This document shows positions 1-14,143 of a stretch of DNA of 64,000 nucleotides, piece after piece; positions within the stretch are counted from its first letter, which is position 1, and each line of letters starts with the position of its first letter. The stretch is from the NCBI RefSeq assembly GCF_009914755.1, contig NC_060932.1; one strand, 5' to 3'. The position numbers were made by a program, and so were the translations under genes. The stretch is from the human T2T-CHM13v2.0 reference genome, Homo sapiens. The notes below the pieces were generated by a model, which made no database searches, was not told the origin of the DNA, and saw nothing but the letters and a program-made list of their open reading frames with translations.

Positions 1-360
1 CTGTGCAGCCATAAAGAGGAATGAGATCATGTCCTTTGCAGGGACATGGATGGAGCTGGAAGCTGTTATCCTCAGCAAATTAAGGCGGCAGCAGAAAACC
101 AAACATCACATGTTTTCACTTATAAGTGGGAGCTAAATCATGAGAACACATGGACACTTTGCGGGGGAACAAAACACTGGGGCCTGTCAGGGGTAGATGG
201 GGAAAGGGAGAGCATCAGGAAGAATAGCTAATGAACACTGGTCTTAAACCTAGGTGATGGATGATCTGTGCAGCAAACCACGATGGCACACATTTAGCTA
301 TGTAACAAACCTGCACCTCCTGCACATGTACCACTGAACTTAAAATAAAAGTTGAAGAAA
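1..360 (+). mobile_element. L1 3' end (older L1PA/L1PB type), cut by window start
   Basis: ORF2 C-terminus/3'UTR motifs (gagatcatgtcctttgcagggacatggatggagctgga; tatgtaacaaacctgcac) ending in an A-rich tail. Confidence 0.93.
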
Positions 361-377
361 AAAAATAGGTATTTCAG

Positions 378-646
378 ACCAAACACTGCATGTTCTCACT
401 TATAACTGGGAGCTGAACAATGAGAACACATGGACACAGGGAGGGGAACAACACACACTGGGGCCTGTCAGGGGGTCGGGGAGAGGGAGCGCATCAGGAT
501 AAATAGCTTATGCATGTGGTGCTTAATACCTAGGCAGTGGGTTGATAGGTGCAGCAAACCATGATGGCGCACATTTACCTGTGTAACAAACCTGCCCATC
601 CTGCATATGTAGCCCGGAACTTAAAATAAAATTAAATTTAATTTTT
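378..646 (+). mobile_element. Second 5'-truncated L1PA 3' end, inserted at the tail of the first
   Basis: catgttctcacttataactgggagctgaacaatgagaacacatggacacagggagggg; TSD aaaaataggtatttYag at 361-377 and 647-663. Confidence 0.92.
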
Positions 647-700
647 AAAAATAGGTATTTTAGCATAAACAAGAGATGGTAGCACCCAACAGTCTATATT

Positions 701-907
701 CAGTGGTGTGCTCTAACCAACTTGTATTGCCTTGCAAGAGAGTCTAGTTTGTGTATCTTTCCTCAGCTCCATGTTCAGTGACTCAACTTGAGTAGCTTTA
801 ATTGGCTATGGTGAGAGTAGCTACGCCACAGAAACCGGCAAACGCTATAAATCAGGGATTTTTTCTTCCAGGAGGGCCGACTGGAAAACACTTACAAAAC
901 ACCAGTG
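701..907 (+). mobile_element. MER63-like hAT (Blackjack) MITE
   Basis: Termini cagtggtgtgct...acaccagtg; internal ctccatgttcagtgac...gtagctttaaattggctatggtgagagta...ggcaaacgctataaatcaggg. Confidence 0.75.
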
Positions 908-928
908 CATATATATGTGTGTGTGAGA

Positions 929-960
<32 letters not shown>

Positions 961-1052
961 GTATATATTTATACATGTATATAGATGTATACATATGTGT
1001 ATGTACATATATGTAGTATATATGTGCACAAACACATATACACAAAGCATAT
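908..1052. repeat. Compound (TG)n/(TA)n microsatellite
   Basis: Visible dinucleotide runs. Confidence 0.95.
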
Positions 1053-1299
1053 GTAGGGATTGTTTTATTTTTGTGTCCTTACAGTGAACATTGGGCAGCT
1101 TTTCTTTTTAGCATTTATATAGGTGGATAATATATAGGTGGTAGATAATGAAAAAGAGAGATATAATGAGTAACAAAATTATTACTATAAAGAAAAATAA
1201 ATAGGATTGACATGAAAAGACACAGTAGCTAACAAGTGTAGAAAAATACTAATGGCTTTACTAAAAAGAAAGAAAATTTCTTAAGCACTACAAAAACTC

Positions 1300-1790
1300 C
1301 TTAGAGCTAGAAAGGTAACTTAATCCAACTACCCTTAGTCTAATCCAACTGTCCTTTTCACCTTTAAGGAGACAGAGGCACAGAACATTTAAGTGGCTTA
1401 CCTACAACTTAAAACTAGGCAAATGGCTGGGAGCGGTGGCTCAGGCCTGTAATCCCAGCACTTTGGGAGGACGAGGTGGGCAGATCACTTGAGCCAAAGA
1501 GTTCAAGACCAGCTTGGGCAACATGGTGAAACCCCATCTCTACCAAAAATACAAAAATTAGCCAGGCGTGGTGGTGCAGGCCTATAGTCCCAGCTACTCC
1601 AGAGGCTGAGGTGGGAGAAGGGTTTGAACCCTGGAGGCAGATGTTGCAATGAGGGATAGACTCTGGGCGACAGAGCCAGACCTCATCTCAAAAATAAATA
1701 AGTTAATAAATAAATATAAATAAATAAAATAAGACTAGGCAAGTGAGAAGGTCAGAACTGGACTCATGTCTTCTAACTCAGGTTTCTAAC
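1300..1790 (-). mobile_element. MIR interrupted by an Alu
   Basis: gagacagaggcacagaacatttaagtggcttacc...agaactggactcatgtcttctaactc is the MIR core in antisense. Confidence 0.7.
1425..1730 (+). mobile_element. AluJ-type element with a short right-arm deletion
   Basis: Dimeric Alu with TAAA tail; TSD aaaactaggcaaat (1411-1424) / aagactaggcaagt (1731-1744). Confidence 0.95.
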
Positions 1791-2206
1791 AGCCCCATTA
1801 GACCTGTTGTGCTCCCTCTTGAGGCATCTTAACAGACTGAATGAAATTGCCAAAGCCAGCATCAATTTTTCCAGTAAATGTTTTTCATTATTATAACAAA
1901 AATAACAGTTGCTTTAGGGCCTGTTAACAGATCAGAAATATATTACACACTTTTTTAAGGCACTTGCTATGGGTTCTTCCAAGTCTTGACTAGAATCACC
2001 AGTACCTTCTAGATGGAAGACTAGAGCACAAAATTTCAGATAGGCAAAGTGTCTTCTTGTACAAAATTTATCTTGTAATTGATCATGTTTGCAGTTTCTT
2101 CATAATTTAATGCAACAACACAGACATAGTTTCTCTCATCTCAGAGTGTTAAGCTATTTTCAATCTTTAAGGAGATTAGAAACTGCCCAATACTACTGTA
2201 AGATAT

Positions 2207-2564
2207 TGTCTTAGTTTTGTGCTGCTGTAACAGAATGCCACAGACTAAGTAATTTATAATGGACAGAAATTTTTTGGCTCATGGTTCTGGAGGGCTGGGA
2301 AGTCCAAGATCAAGGCATTTGGTGAAGGTCCTCTTGTTGTGTCATAACATGGCAAAAGACACCACAAAGTGAGAGAGAGAGAGCGAGATGGGGCTGAACA
2401 CCTCATTTTATAAAGAACCCACTACCGAGATAATGGCATTAATCTATTTATGAGGGCAGTGCCCATGTCCTAAAGATCTTTTATACATCCCACCTCCTAA
2501 CACCTCTACATTGGTTATCAAGTTTCCAACACATAAACTTTGGGGATGCATTGAAACCACAGGA
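2207..2564 (-). mobile_element. MaLR solo LTR (MSTD/MLT1A type)
   Basis: tgtcttagtttt...gctgggaagtccaagatcaagg...tttccaacacataaactttgggg; 5-bp TSD gatat/gacat. Confidence 0.88.
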
Positions 2565-2839
2565 GACATGAATTTGTCAAGGTACAATAAAAAGATCTGT
2601 GAGATTTAGGGCTAATTCATGAATTGCCTAATGTGATCTCAAATACCCTCTGTTCACATGAATGTTTATACAGGACGGTTTACATGCACTGCTAGATTAC
2701 TGGAAACTTCATTTCTAGGAAGAGGAGGAAGCTGATTCCATCTCTTCCACTTGAAAACTTCCCTTATCAGGCATTTCTGATGGCATTCTATCTTCTCTGT
2801 TGACTAAAACATCTGCTCACTCACTAAAAATAAACTAGG

Positions 2840-3088
2840 CAGCAGTGCAGAAAAAAAGTATAGGTTTTAGAGTGAGACACACAGGTTCAAACCCTTATTC
2901 AGCCATTTCCTAACTGTGTAAACTTGAAAATGTTACTGAGCCATTGTGAATCTCAATTTCCTTACCTGCAAAATGGAAATGACAGTACCTAGAATTAATT
3001 TGATTTCTTAGGATTAAAGAGAAAACATTCCTAAAGTATCTGACATGATATCTGATGCATAGTAGATATTCAAATAAAAATGTATTCC
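2840..3088 (+). mobile_element. MIR
   Basis: ggttcaaaccc...ctcaatttccttacctgcaaaatggaaatgacagtacc core. Confidence 0.85.
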
Positions 3089-3221
3089 TTCTTCTTTCCC
3101 TTCCTACCCTCTTCATTGGCTAGGTGCTGAAGATACATAAATTAATAAAGTATACTCTCTATACTCTAGATATTGGCAATATAGCAAGAGCAAAGATTTC
3201 CAAATTACCAGTTTCCAGATA

Positions 3222-3889
3222 GTATAACTTGATTAGGATCTCATCAAGAAACAGATGGTATCTCAAACTGGATAATTTGAGGAGGGTTTAATAAGGTGAC
3301 TATTTACAAAGGTATCATTTTGGTGAGGAAAACCACAGGAGACAGTGCAGTGTCCCAGGGCTAAAAATAGTGTGGCACAGACAGGCCTGAAGGGCTGGGG
3401 AAGAGCGGAGACAATTCGCTGGAAGGAAAGAATGGGACAGTGGTGTGCTGGATCTGGCTCATGCCAGCTGGAGAAAGCAGACAATACCTTGAATGATGTC
3501 ACACCGGTAGCTTGAAATTGGCCATGGTAAGAGTATTTACATTGTAGAAATTGGCAAACACTAGAAATCAAGGCTTCTCCAACCCCTATACTGATTAATC
3601 ATGCACCAGCACATCACTACGTGTAATCTTTGTGGTGGGAAGTAACCAACCCAGAGCAATCCCACAGGAAGGAAACTAAATAAATAAATACTCCAATTTT
3701 ATTCTCCATATTCCCCCTTTTCTCCTGCCAATGGCCAAGCCCAATCAGAAGCCATAGTTCAAGAGAGTCCATTGCTATCCATTCAGGCTGACCTGACCCA
3801 TTCAGGCCAACCTGATCCATTCAGGCCAACGGCAAAGCAGAAAGGATGGGAGAGTAGATCTGGAGGTGCAAACAAAAGTACACGAGCAC
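3222..3889 (-). mobile_element. LTR33-like ERVL solo LTR, interrupted by MER63
   Basis: gaaacagatggtatctcaaactggataatttgaggagggtttaataagg and tggccaagcccaatcagaagcca...gatctggaggtgcaaac. Confidence 0.7.
3438..3619 (+). mobile_element. MER63-like MITE nested in the LTR
   Basis: Terminal repeats cagtggtgtgctgg...ccagcacatcact; core shared with 701-907. Confidence 0.8.
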
Positions 3890-3933
3890 GGGCAATAGTG
3901 GAAGAGAGGATGAAGATCTACTGAAAACTAACC

Positions 3934-4051
3934 AGGTTGTGACCTAAGATATAAATAAGGTACTATTGTAGCTCAGAACTTTGTGCATTCAAAAGACATT
4001 GTTCCTGTGCAGTTACAGTCTAAGATCTGTCTCTTTGGGATGACATCACAC
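3934..4051 (+). repeat. Copy A of a 118-bp dispersed direct duplication
   Basis: Ungapped alignment to 5928-6045, 14 mismatches by manual count. Confidence 0.93.
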
Positions 4052-4239
4052 ATCTCTTAAGGAAGGAATAATATATTCCCTGGGAAAGTCAGGTAAGATA
4101 GAGAAGAGGTGGGTCTTGAAAGGCTACTAGGAGTTTATCAAATGCAGAAGACAGCAAAGGACATTGCAGACAGGGAAACTTTGGAGGAAAACCCTCCAAA
4201 ACGCTGGTTTTCCTCCAAAGAGCTAGCCAGACATCCCTG

Positions 4240-4563
4240 TCCTCACTCAGTCTCCTGGCCTCTCCGTGTGGTCTCTTCACCTGGCCTTCCTCACGGCACA
4301 GTGGCCTCAGGCATTGTGACTGCTTACCTGGCAGCTTAGGGATCCACAGTAAGTACTCCAGTGATTTACGGAGAAGCCGCATCACCTTTTATGATCTAGT
4401 CTCGAAGTCACATAAAGTCATAGTGGCCACAATCACGAGCCCACCCAGACTCAAGAGGCAGGAACACAGACCCCTGTGTCTCAGAGTGTCACACTGTAAG
4501 AACAGCATGTGAGAGGGAACTGTTGCTGCAACTGTCTGTGGAACAGACAGTCTGTCAAAGACA
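4240..4563 (-). mobile_element. MLT1 (G/H type) MaLR LTR fragment
   Basis: cctctccgtgtggtctct...gcatcaccttttatgatctagtctcgaagtcaca...cccagactcaagagg. Confidence 0.72.
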
Positions 4564-4859
4564 CCAAGACAGGGCTGCTCCAAAAATGTCTCTCCCCCAA
4601 ACCAGCCATGATCCCCAACTTCTACCATTAATTTCCCATCACTTACTATTTGTACATAGGTAAGATCTCATGAAAGAAGGTACAGAATATGATACCAACT
4701 TGGCAGCAAGATGCCAAGAAGAGAGGAAGAGATTTTACCTTCTTGAGTCATATAGTAAGTTTTTTTAATGAACCATCACTCTGTGTTGCAGAAAATAAAT
4801 TGGAGAAAACAAATCAGAGGTACGAAAATCAAATCGGATGTTGTTTGTCTTTTGCCTCT

Positions 4860-5010
4860 AGTCTCTCTAAGTGTGCCTCAGTTTGCTTGTTTTTAAAATG
4901 AGAAAAATAATGGTGCTTAGCTCAAAAGGTAACTATGAGAATTAAATATAGGTAAGCTCATATGGGTCAGGTGCGAGGTACAGTGTTAGCCACATAGTAA
5001 ATGCTTGACG
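4860..5010 (+). mobile_element. MIR within L2 relics
   Basis: gtgcctcagtttgcttgttttaaaatgagaaaaataat...cacatagtaaatgct. Confidence 0.75.
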
Positions 5011-5927
5011 CACACACATGCCTTCGCTATGATCATGTTCTCATTCTCATTAATATTCATGTGAAAGATAAAGATGGTCTAAACTGAGGAAATTGATACA
5101 TTTTAAATATCTATTGTGTGGAGGGTGAGAAAGAGGGAAGAATCAAGGATGACTGCTGTTTTGAGCTTGATCAAGTAGTTGGGTGATAATGGATAAGAAA
5201 CACAGAGGGAGACAGCTCTCCCAGCCCCAGCCACAAGCCTGCACATTCCCCAGGGCTTGCTTTCAGAATGCTTCATTGTTAAAGCTTAGAGAAGCAGACA
5301 AGTTTCTGAACTTCTCTAAGCTTCAATTTCTTCATCTGTGAAAAGGAGATAACAATAAAGTGGAAATGTGCACTTAATTAATGCGAACTTAACTCTATGA
5401 TCTCAGTCAAAGAGAGAGAATAAGAGTAAGTATGAGCACAGGAAAAAAAATAATTTAAATGCTGTAACCACAATTTAAAACAGTTCACTCAATGAGCAGA
5501 GCTCTAAAATGAATGTGATAAGAATGAGAAGAACCTGCTATTGCTTCAGTCAACTGGGTTCCCCATGCCCCTCCCATACTGTTTGATTGCCAAGGTTTAA
5601 CATACATGTTTTTATATGATATGGTCCTAAATCAGATCCAGTACAACTGGGACCAATCTTTAGTAGGTTGATCAAAATGCCATCTAAGAAAGAAATTATA
5701 AAAAATAAAACACATATATTTTAATAATTTATTTTAGCTTAAAACCAGTGATAAATTTATAGATAAATTTTCCTATAGAGACAAGACTTTAACATTTTTG
5801 TCTTAATGTCTTTATTCTTTCCTAGTACGTGGATGCACTGATAGGAGTTCCACACCACATTCCTAGGGTAAACTTTAATGCTTTTAAGTTTGCAGCAATA
5901 ATGCAACCTTGAGAGTCAAAAGTAGCA

Positions 5928-6045
5928 AGGTTGAGACCTAAGAAATAAATAAGGTGGTATGGTAGCTCAGACCTTTGTGAGTTCAAAAGACATTGTCCCT
6001 ATGCGGTTACAGTCTAAGATCTACCTTTTTGGGATGACATCACAC
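5928..6045 (+). repeat. Copy B of the 118-bp direct duplication
   Basis: Matches 3934-4051 at offset 1994. Confidence 0.93.
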
Positions 6046-6839
6046 CTTTCTTCAAGCGTGTTTTCTGCCTGTACACCCCTTATGCTAGTTCCATTCCTGC
6101 CTGGCAGAGCCTCTCCCTGGGTTCAAACACATTGGACTGGATGCATTGCTGGATTGGTGCTGTGCTGCCATGTATTTCTCCTTCTCTGGATTTTAATCAT
6201 AATTCGGACATCCAGTGAGCAACTAAACCACCCACCTAAAATGCTTCCCAAAGGACGCACAAGAATGATATGACTCCATTTCAAATGATCAAACTAAACA
6301 GAATACTCAGGAAGCATCAGGGAGGACGCCGAGCAGAGTGTCTTCTAGCCACCAGCAGAATCAGAGCAATTCCCCATCACCAGCTAAAGGGAGAGCCAGA
6401 AATGAAAAATAAACAAATGTAGGCAGGCACTGGAGCAAAAGACCTCTCAGCTGGGACATTCTGGGCTGACAAGAGTGACTGCTGGACTCCGAGCAGCCAA
6501 TGAAGCCATTTAGCCCACCTCCACTGTTGAGCTAGACACTCATATTCATATCTTTCCCTTTCCACAAACCACTCTCCAACGTGTCCCTCACCCTCCCTCC
6601 CTGTCTCTCTTCCTCTCCTCCCCCTTCCTCTCTTTCTCTCTCTGAGTTGACTCTGTTTGCCATTCTAAGGCTAGGTACAAGGGGAATATTGTAGATTTTC
6701 AAAGCCTTCTACAAGCTGTCTGGAGTGCAGTTGCCATCCTAGTTCACACATCACTTGACTACAGCTCCCTATGTTCCCTCAACTCGGTGTCCCATTAGTT
6801 TCCAAGCTCAGTGCATTCTCTCATTTCCTCTTCTGTATT

Positions 6840-7270
6840 TCCACAGCCACATTCTTAGGCCAAGCTCCATGAGCTCTTCTGTGGGCTTAGGCAACAGTTT
6901 CCTCCAGAGGCTCCCAGCCACCACTCCTTTCCCACGGCATCATGCAAGTTGAGTTTCCATCTCATTATGTAAGTCTCTTTCTTAAAGCCATGGTTCCATT
7001 GCTTGGGATAAAGGCCCAATGTTCCAGCAAGACATACGAGGCTTTTAACAGTGCCCCATATGACATGTTCAGCCTCTTCTGTAGCCAGTCCACCTCCCCA
7101 TCACTCTTTGCTTGGGCCTCAGTGATGTACCAATTTATACTGGCCCTTTCTCCATATAGCTCATGCTATTGCTGTCCTTCCAAAATGCCTTTCTCCCCAT
7201 TCCCACAATGACCTCCTGCCGATCTACCATGATCCAGGTTAAATGGCACCTTTTCCTTGATGCATCCATC
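6840..7270 (+). mobile_element. L2 fragment
   Basis: ggcaacagtttcctcc...cttaaagccatggttccattgcttgggataaaggccc resembles L2. Confidence 0.65.
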
Positions 7271-7419
7271 CTCTTATATACTCATTCACTGAGCCCCAGC
7301 CCTGGGCCACGTACTTCCCTGGGCCCTAGCAATGCAGTCATCTGCAGAACTGGCAGGCAGAGCTCACAGTCAAGCGAGAGACCCAGGCTTAAAACACACA
7401 AACATAGACTTCAATGACA

Positions 7420-7790
7420 CAACAAGGGTAAGATTGAAACTGTGACCAGTCTGAAAAAGAAAAGAAGTGCTTCCAGCTGAAGAAACAGCATAGGCAAAAG
7501 CCCTCTGATGCAAGAGACCCCCGCAAGCAGGAGACAGCAATAAAAAGCTAGCATGGGGAGAGGAGAGAGCTGCAGGGAGTGGCTATGAGTGCAGCTGAGG
7601 CCACATGAGGGCTTCATGTCCATAAGAAGCTGTTTTATATTTTTAGAGCAATGGGAAGATGTTGCAGAGTGTTCCATGGAAGAGAGTCTGCTCAGTTTTG
7701 CTCTCCGAAAAGATCTTTTTGGCTGCCATCTAGAGAATGGGTGTGGAGGGGGCCCTAGCAATGCAGGATGTAGAGGGGGCTGGGGTGAAT
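7420..7790 (-). mobile_element. L2 fragment
   Basis: gaaacagcataggcaaaagccc...gagcaatgggaagatgttgcagag...aaagatctttttggctgcc. Confidence 0.7.
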
Positions 7791-8063
7791 AGCGACTAAA
7801 GGGAAATTAAGTGTAATTTCTCTACCACATACCAACTGAAAGTGTGGAAAAGAGACACAACCTATTCTGCATGGTATAGAAAACCACCTCAAAATTCTAT
7901 ATTTGCTGTGAATAATCCCCAAATTAGGATGAAGTCTTCATCTGGTTCTGACCAAGAGACCTCCATCCCAGCATCCCTGCACCTGTCTCACACCAGCCCA
8001 GAATTAGAGAAGATTGTCACCTCGCTCCCAATCTCCAGGACAAAGAAAAATCACCAAATATAC

Positions 8064-8378
8064 CATCCAGGCATGGTGGCTCACACCTGTAATCCCAGCA
8101 CTTTGGGATGCCAAGGCGGGCAGAGCACTTGAGGTCAGGAGTTCGAGACAAGCCTGGCAAACATGGTGAAACCCCATATCTACTAAAAAAAAAAATACAA
8201 AAATTAACCAGGTGCGGTGGTTCATGCCTATAATCTCAGCTTCTCAGAAGGCTGAGGCACAAGAATCGCTTAAACCCAGGAGGCAGAGGTTGCAGTGAGT
8301 CGAGATCATGTCACTGCACTCCAGCCTGGTTGACAGAGTGAGGCTCCGCTCAAAAAAAAAAAAAAAAAAAAGAAAAGA
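8064..8378 (+). mobile_element. AluS
   Basis: Full dimer; outer TSD aagaaaaatcacYaaatat at 8043-8061 and 8681-8699 brackets both tandem Alus. Confidence 0.96.
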
Positions 8379-8699
<321 letters not shown>

Positions 8700-8924
8700 T
8701 TATATTCACTTAACCATTATATTTCTGTGTTAATATAACCATGAATATTTCCTTCTCATAACAAAAATGTTACGTTGACCCTTTCTTACAGATGGTTCTT
8801 GAGATGATGTCATCATTAATATTCCTAAATACCTGTATGTTTGGCATTATTTATTTTACAAAACATTTTTATATTTGAGAATTTTGTTCCTTATATGAAT
8901 ACTTCAGTTATGTTAGTTGCCAAA

Positions 8925-8927
<3 letters not shown>

Positions 8928-8961
<34 letters not shown>
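8928..8961. repeat. (CA)n microsatellite
   Basis: About 17 perfect CA units. Confidence 0.97.
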
Positions 8962-8962
<1 letters not shown>

Positions 8963-9182
8963 CAGGAAGAAATAAAAAGTATTTGTGGCAGATTAATAAT
9001 CTGAGACATCAAGCAGCAGGTAGTATTCATATTCCCTGCAACATCCCCATTCAGTCCATGAGACACTGAGTTGCCATTTGCCATGGGGAAGTAGTTGCCT
9101 AGGAGGAGTCAGAAGAAATGCCTAAGTCTTGAATTTGAGGTAAAAGCCTCAGATGTGAGAAAGGAGACTGGTGCATATCTTT

Positions 9183-9477
<295 letters not shown>

Positions 9478-10182
9478 TGGTGCATATCTTTAAAGCAAAG
9501 GAGCTAGTCTCTACCCTTCCTTCCCTCCCCACACACCACCCCTTTCCTGCTGCCATTCCATTAGAGTTTGAGCACATGAGAAGAGGAGAGACAGAGAAAT
9601 CCAGATGAAAAGAGCAGTGAGGATTTTTTTTACTCTTTTCTTCCTCTGGCCAAATTAGAAACCTGAGGAATACTAGGGTATTCTCCTGTGATGTTTGAGA
9701 ATGTGTGAGAGAAAAAAAAAAGATTGCAAATATATTTTCCAGATACAGTTGGAGGGCAGCAGTCTTTCCAACCATATTCAGCCCTATGAGACTTGAAGGA
9801 AATAAAAGTGTGGGTGGCATGTACACACAGACGTGAGAAAGGCCCTGACCACCATCATCAGCCACAAGCCAGGTGTGGAGGTCTGTGAGCATCTCATGGG
9901 CCCAACACAAGGACAAGCCAACAAGCAATCCTGGGAGACCACCTGGGGAAGAATTCCCAAAAAGAGAAAAAGGAGAATGTAGCCACCTGTAGCATGAGAA
10001 GAGGGATAGTTGCTTCTCTGTGTGATTTCCCCGGGTGTCAACCAGCATAGGATAATAGACAACAGGAACATCAGCAGAATAGAAAAACGGATGTGGTATC
10101 TCTCCACCGTCACTATCAGGAAAGCCACTCCCTCTCTCCTTGGGATAATAAAGAAACCGGATTAGGAGAAAGGAAGAGGAAG

Positions 10183-10919
<737 letters not shown>

Positions 10920-12825
10920 GGAAGAAACTCGATGGGGAAAACAGTCTTGATACAGTTGAATACTGAACTCATTAAGCTTTGAGCTGGACTATATTTTATA
11001 CATCTTGATCAAGAAATGAGGAAACTGGACTGGTTTAATTTAAAAACAGGTTGAATATTCAGTGGCAGAAATTAAAATTCGTCTAGAAATAAAGTTACTT
11101 TTTGGAACAAAAATATACAACCATAAACTAATACCAATTTCATGTAGACATCACACACTACAGGATAATATAGGAGTTTCCTGGCACACATTTTTGGCCT
11201 GACTACTTTGGAGGTGAGTGAATGAGATGTTAGCATGATAAAAAGAAATGCTTAAAGGTCCATTTGATTGAGAATATAAGTACTATTTGCTGCTGAAGTT
11301 TGGTTTGCCAACAAGAATCAGAAGCCATGAGATTGAGCCAGGTAATCCAAAAGTTGAAGCTTTAGTCTGTTAAAAAGCAACACTCCTTATGTGACAGCAA
11401 CACAAAGGGGCAAATAAAATTCTTACTATACATCTCAGAGAAAATATAGTTGATTTATGGGTGTAAGACATCCTCCTCTCAACTGAATCCTGGCCCCTCT
11501 ATAAGATTCACTATAATTGTTGGCAAAAGTGCCACTTGAGACAATTACGGTAATCTAGTCTGGCTGCCATCAAAGAAGACGACTTTGTTTTCAAATCTAC
11601 TGAAGCCAACCAGGATCTCTTTCTTTCTATATTTTGAAGATGATCATACATATGTTAACTACATTTAAACTACTTTTTTAAAAGCTCCTAAAAGGTGTAA
11701 TTCCCCCCACTCCATCCCCCTCATGAGAAAGAGAGAGAACAAAACCAACATCAAAGTCCCGTTTACTAAAATCTGTGAAAGTCAGCTTTGTTTAGTTGTT
11801 TTTACTGCCGAGATTCAAATGACCGTCCTCTTCCACCTCTTTACCACCTCTATTCCGGCTCTGTCCACTGGAAATCATCTGGGATCACACCTCAGCACCA
11901 ATGGGATGTGGCGGGGAAGGGTTTTGCAATGAGGCAGGGAGGAAAAGGAGGATGCCTCCCAGCTAAAGTTGGAATCAAAACATTCATAAAGGCAAGCACC
12001 ATCTGCAAGACAGAGTGCTGCTTCTCAGGAATGGCTCCTAAGGGCAGTGCAGAAACACCAAACAATAAAGAGGCAGACACCAGCCGGGCAGCAGGTAGAA
12101 CAAGTGCAGAGATGGGCACCTCCAATATCAAGGTGAAATCGGTCACGCGGATGTTCTTTACAGAAAGCTAACATGCTGCCTGAAAGATTCAGTGCAGCTC
12201 TCCAAGTGAGAAATGCTCCTGGACTGTTATTATTTATCCAGAGCCCCAGGTGTACATTGAGCTCTATAATAGGTAGCACGTGCCAAAACAAAGAGCAGAG
12301 CCCTTGCCCCAAAGAGTTTGCTGTCTAAAGGCACATTTGGGTACAGTTATACTCCACGAATCAGCAAAGCAGAAAATAAACACAACACAGACAGACACCA
12401 AGGAATAGATCTTTGCTGAATGTGTCAGAGCTTTTGGAAACAGGAAGACTTTTAAAGGAGTTGTGGTTTGTATTTTATGTTGTATTGAATTTTTTTGAAA
12501 AAAAGAAAAAAGAAGAATCTGCTGTCAATAAGAATTTAAAGAGATCTTGACAGCCTAGAGCAATAGGTTAAATATACCAAGATGACTTTAAATAAGATGT
12601 AAAAATCTACATTTGGGGACAAAATATAAAAACAGCTTAGGAGCTGATTACAAGTTAATACCATCAACACCACATTCTATCTGAACTTCCCAAACAGTAA
12701 GTTGATATGAGGATGAACTCATAAAAGGAAAGTCTCTAGGATGAGAGAGGTGAGTTGGTTCAGGGCAGTCTCTGAACAGGGTCTGGCTCAGATATAACAT
12801 CCCAGATCAGATTACTGAGATGCCA

Positions 12826-13070
12826 TGTGGCACAGTCATTACAAGACCAGGCTCTGGACTCAACAGTTTATAGATCAGGTCTCTATCTGCCAGTTGTGTC
12901 ATCTTGGGAGAGTACATTTTCATGTCTATGTTACTGTTTCCTCATTTGTAACACACAAAAAAAGGAATAGAGAAAGAAAAGAAAGAGAAAAAAAGAAAAG
13001 AAGGATGATAAGAACACTGAATGCATGGGAAAATCCTCACAGTGTCTGCCATGCAGTGAGCTATTCTTAT
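12826..13070 (+). mobile_element. MIR
   Basis: caggctctggactc...tgtgtcatcttgggagagt...tgtttcctcatttgtaa. Confidence 0.7.
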
Positions 13071-13638
13071 AGCTAAGCCTCTGAAACCCCCCAGTCTCTC
13101 CTTTCCCTCCTCCACTGAAATCTTGTTGTAACTGAATCTCCCTTGGCCCTGTTCCTGAGCTTCAGCTCTGATAACCTTCAGGTTGGGAAGCAAGCCCGAT
13201 GCAGTAGCGATATAGCACTCCATGACATGCCCTTCCCCGGCTCTTCTTTGTCCTTAATTTTCAGCTTGGTGAAAATTCACCATATTTATACTTCTGCAAA
13301 ATAAATAGAACCAAGACTTATGTTTCACAATTTACAGCATTGATTCCATGTGCAATCATGGTTCATGACTAATGGGCTTCTAGCAGTTTCAAAAATGTTT
13401 CTTTCTCTGTAACTTTGAGACACTGGGAGTGGGTGTGCTACAGTATAAATGGGAAATTTATAATGTAGGAGATCTTGTGTCCTACCGGTCTGGCCTTTGC
13501 CTAGGATGCGTGCCCTGTCTGGTTCTCACAACTCTTCCTTCTGGGCCCAAGCCACTGCCATTTGTTGACGGGACCTCCAAGATGTTGCCCCGTCTCTGTA
13601 CTTCATCTACCTGTTGGCGTAGTCCCCTCTTCTATTGG

Positions 13639-13677
13639 TGTACTAGCCAGGGTTCTCCAGAGAAATGCAACAAATAC

Positions 13678-13742
<65 letters not shown>

Positions 13743-14143
13743 TTTGTCACAAAAATTAGCTCATACAATTCTGTGGGCCGAGAAGTCCCATGATCTGCCA
13801 TCTGCAAGCTGGAGAACCTGGAAAGCCAGTGGTGTAATTTAGTCCAAATCCAAAGGCATGAGAATTAACAGCACTCATGCCTGAGGGCAGGAGAGGATGG
13901 ATATCCCGGCCCAAGCAGAGAGCAAATTTGCCCTTCCTCAACCTTTTTGTTCTATTTGGGCCCTCAATGGATTGGAAGATACCCAACCACATTGGTGAAG
14001 GAGATTTTCTTTGCTCAATCTACTGATTCAAACACTAATCCCTTTCAGAAACAACCTCCCAGACACATCCAGAAATAATACTTAATTAGCTATTTGGGCA
14101 TATCTTAGCTCAGTCAAGTTGACACATAAAATTAGCCATCACA
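13639..14143 (-). mobile_element. MLT2 ERVL solo LTR containing a (TA)n(GA)n microsatellite
   Basis: cagggttctccagagaaa...agtcccatgatctgccatctgcaagctggaga...gtcaagttgacacataaaattagccatcaca; TSD attgg/gttgg. Confidence 0.92.
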
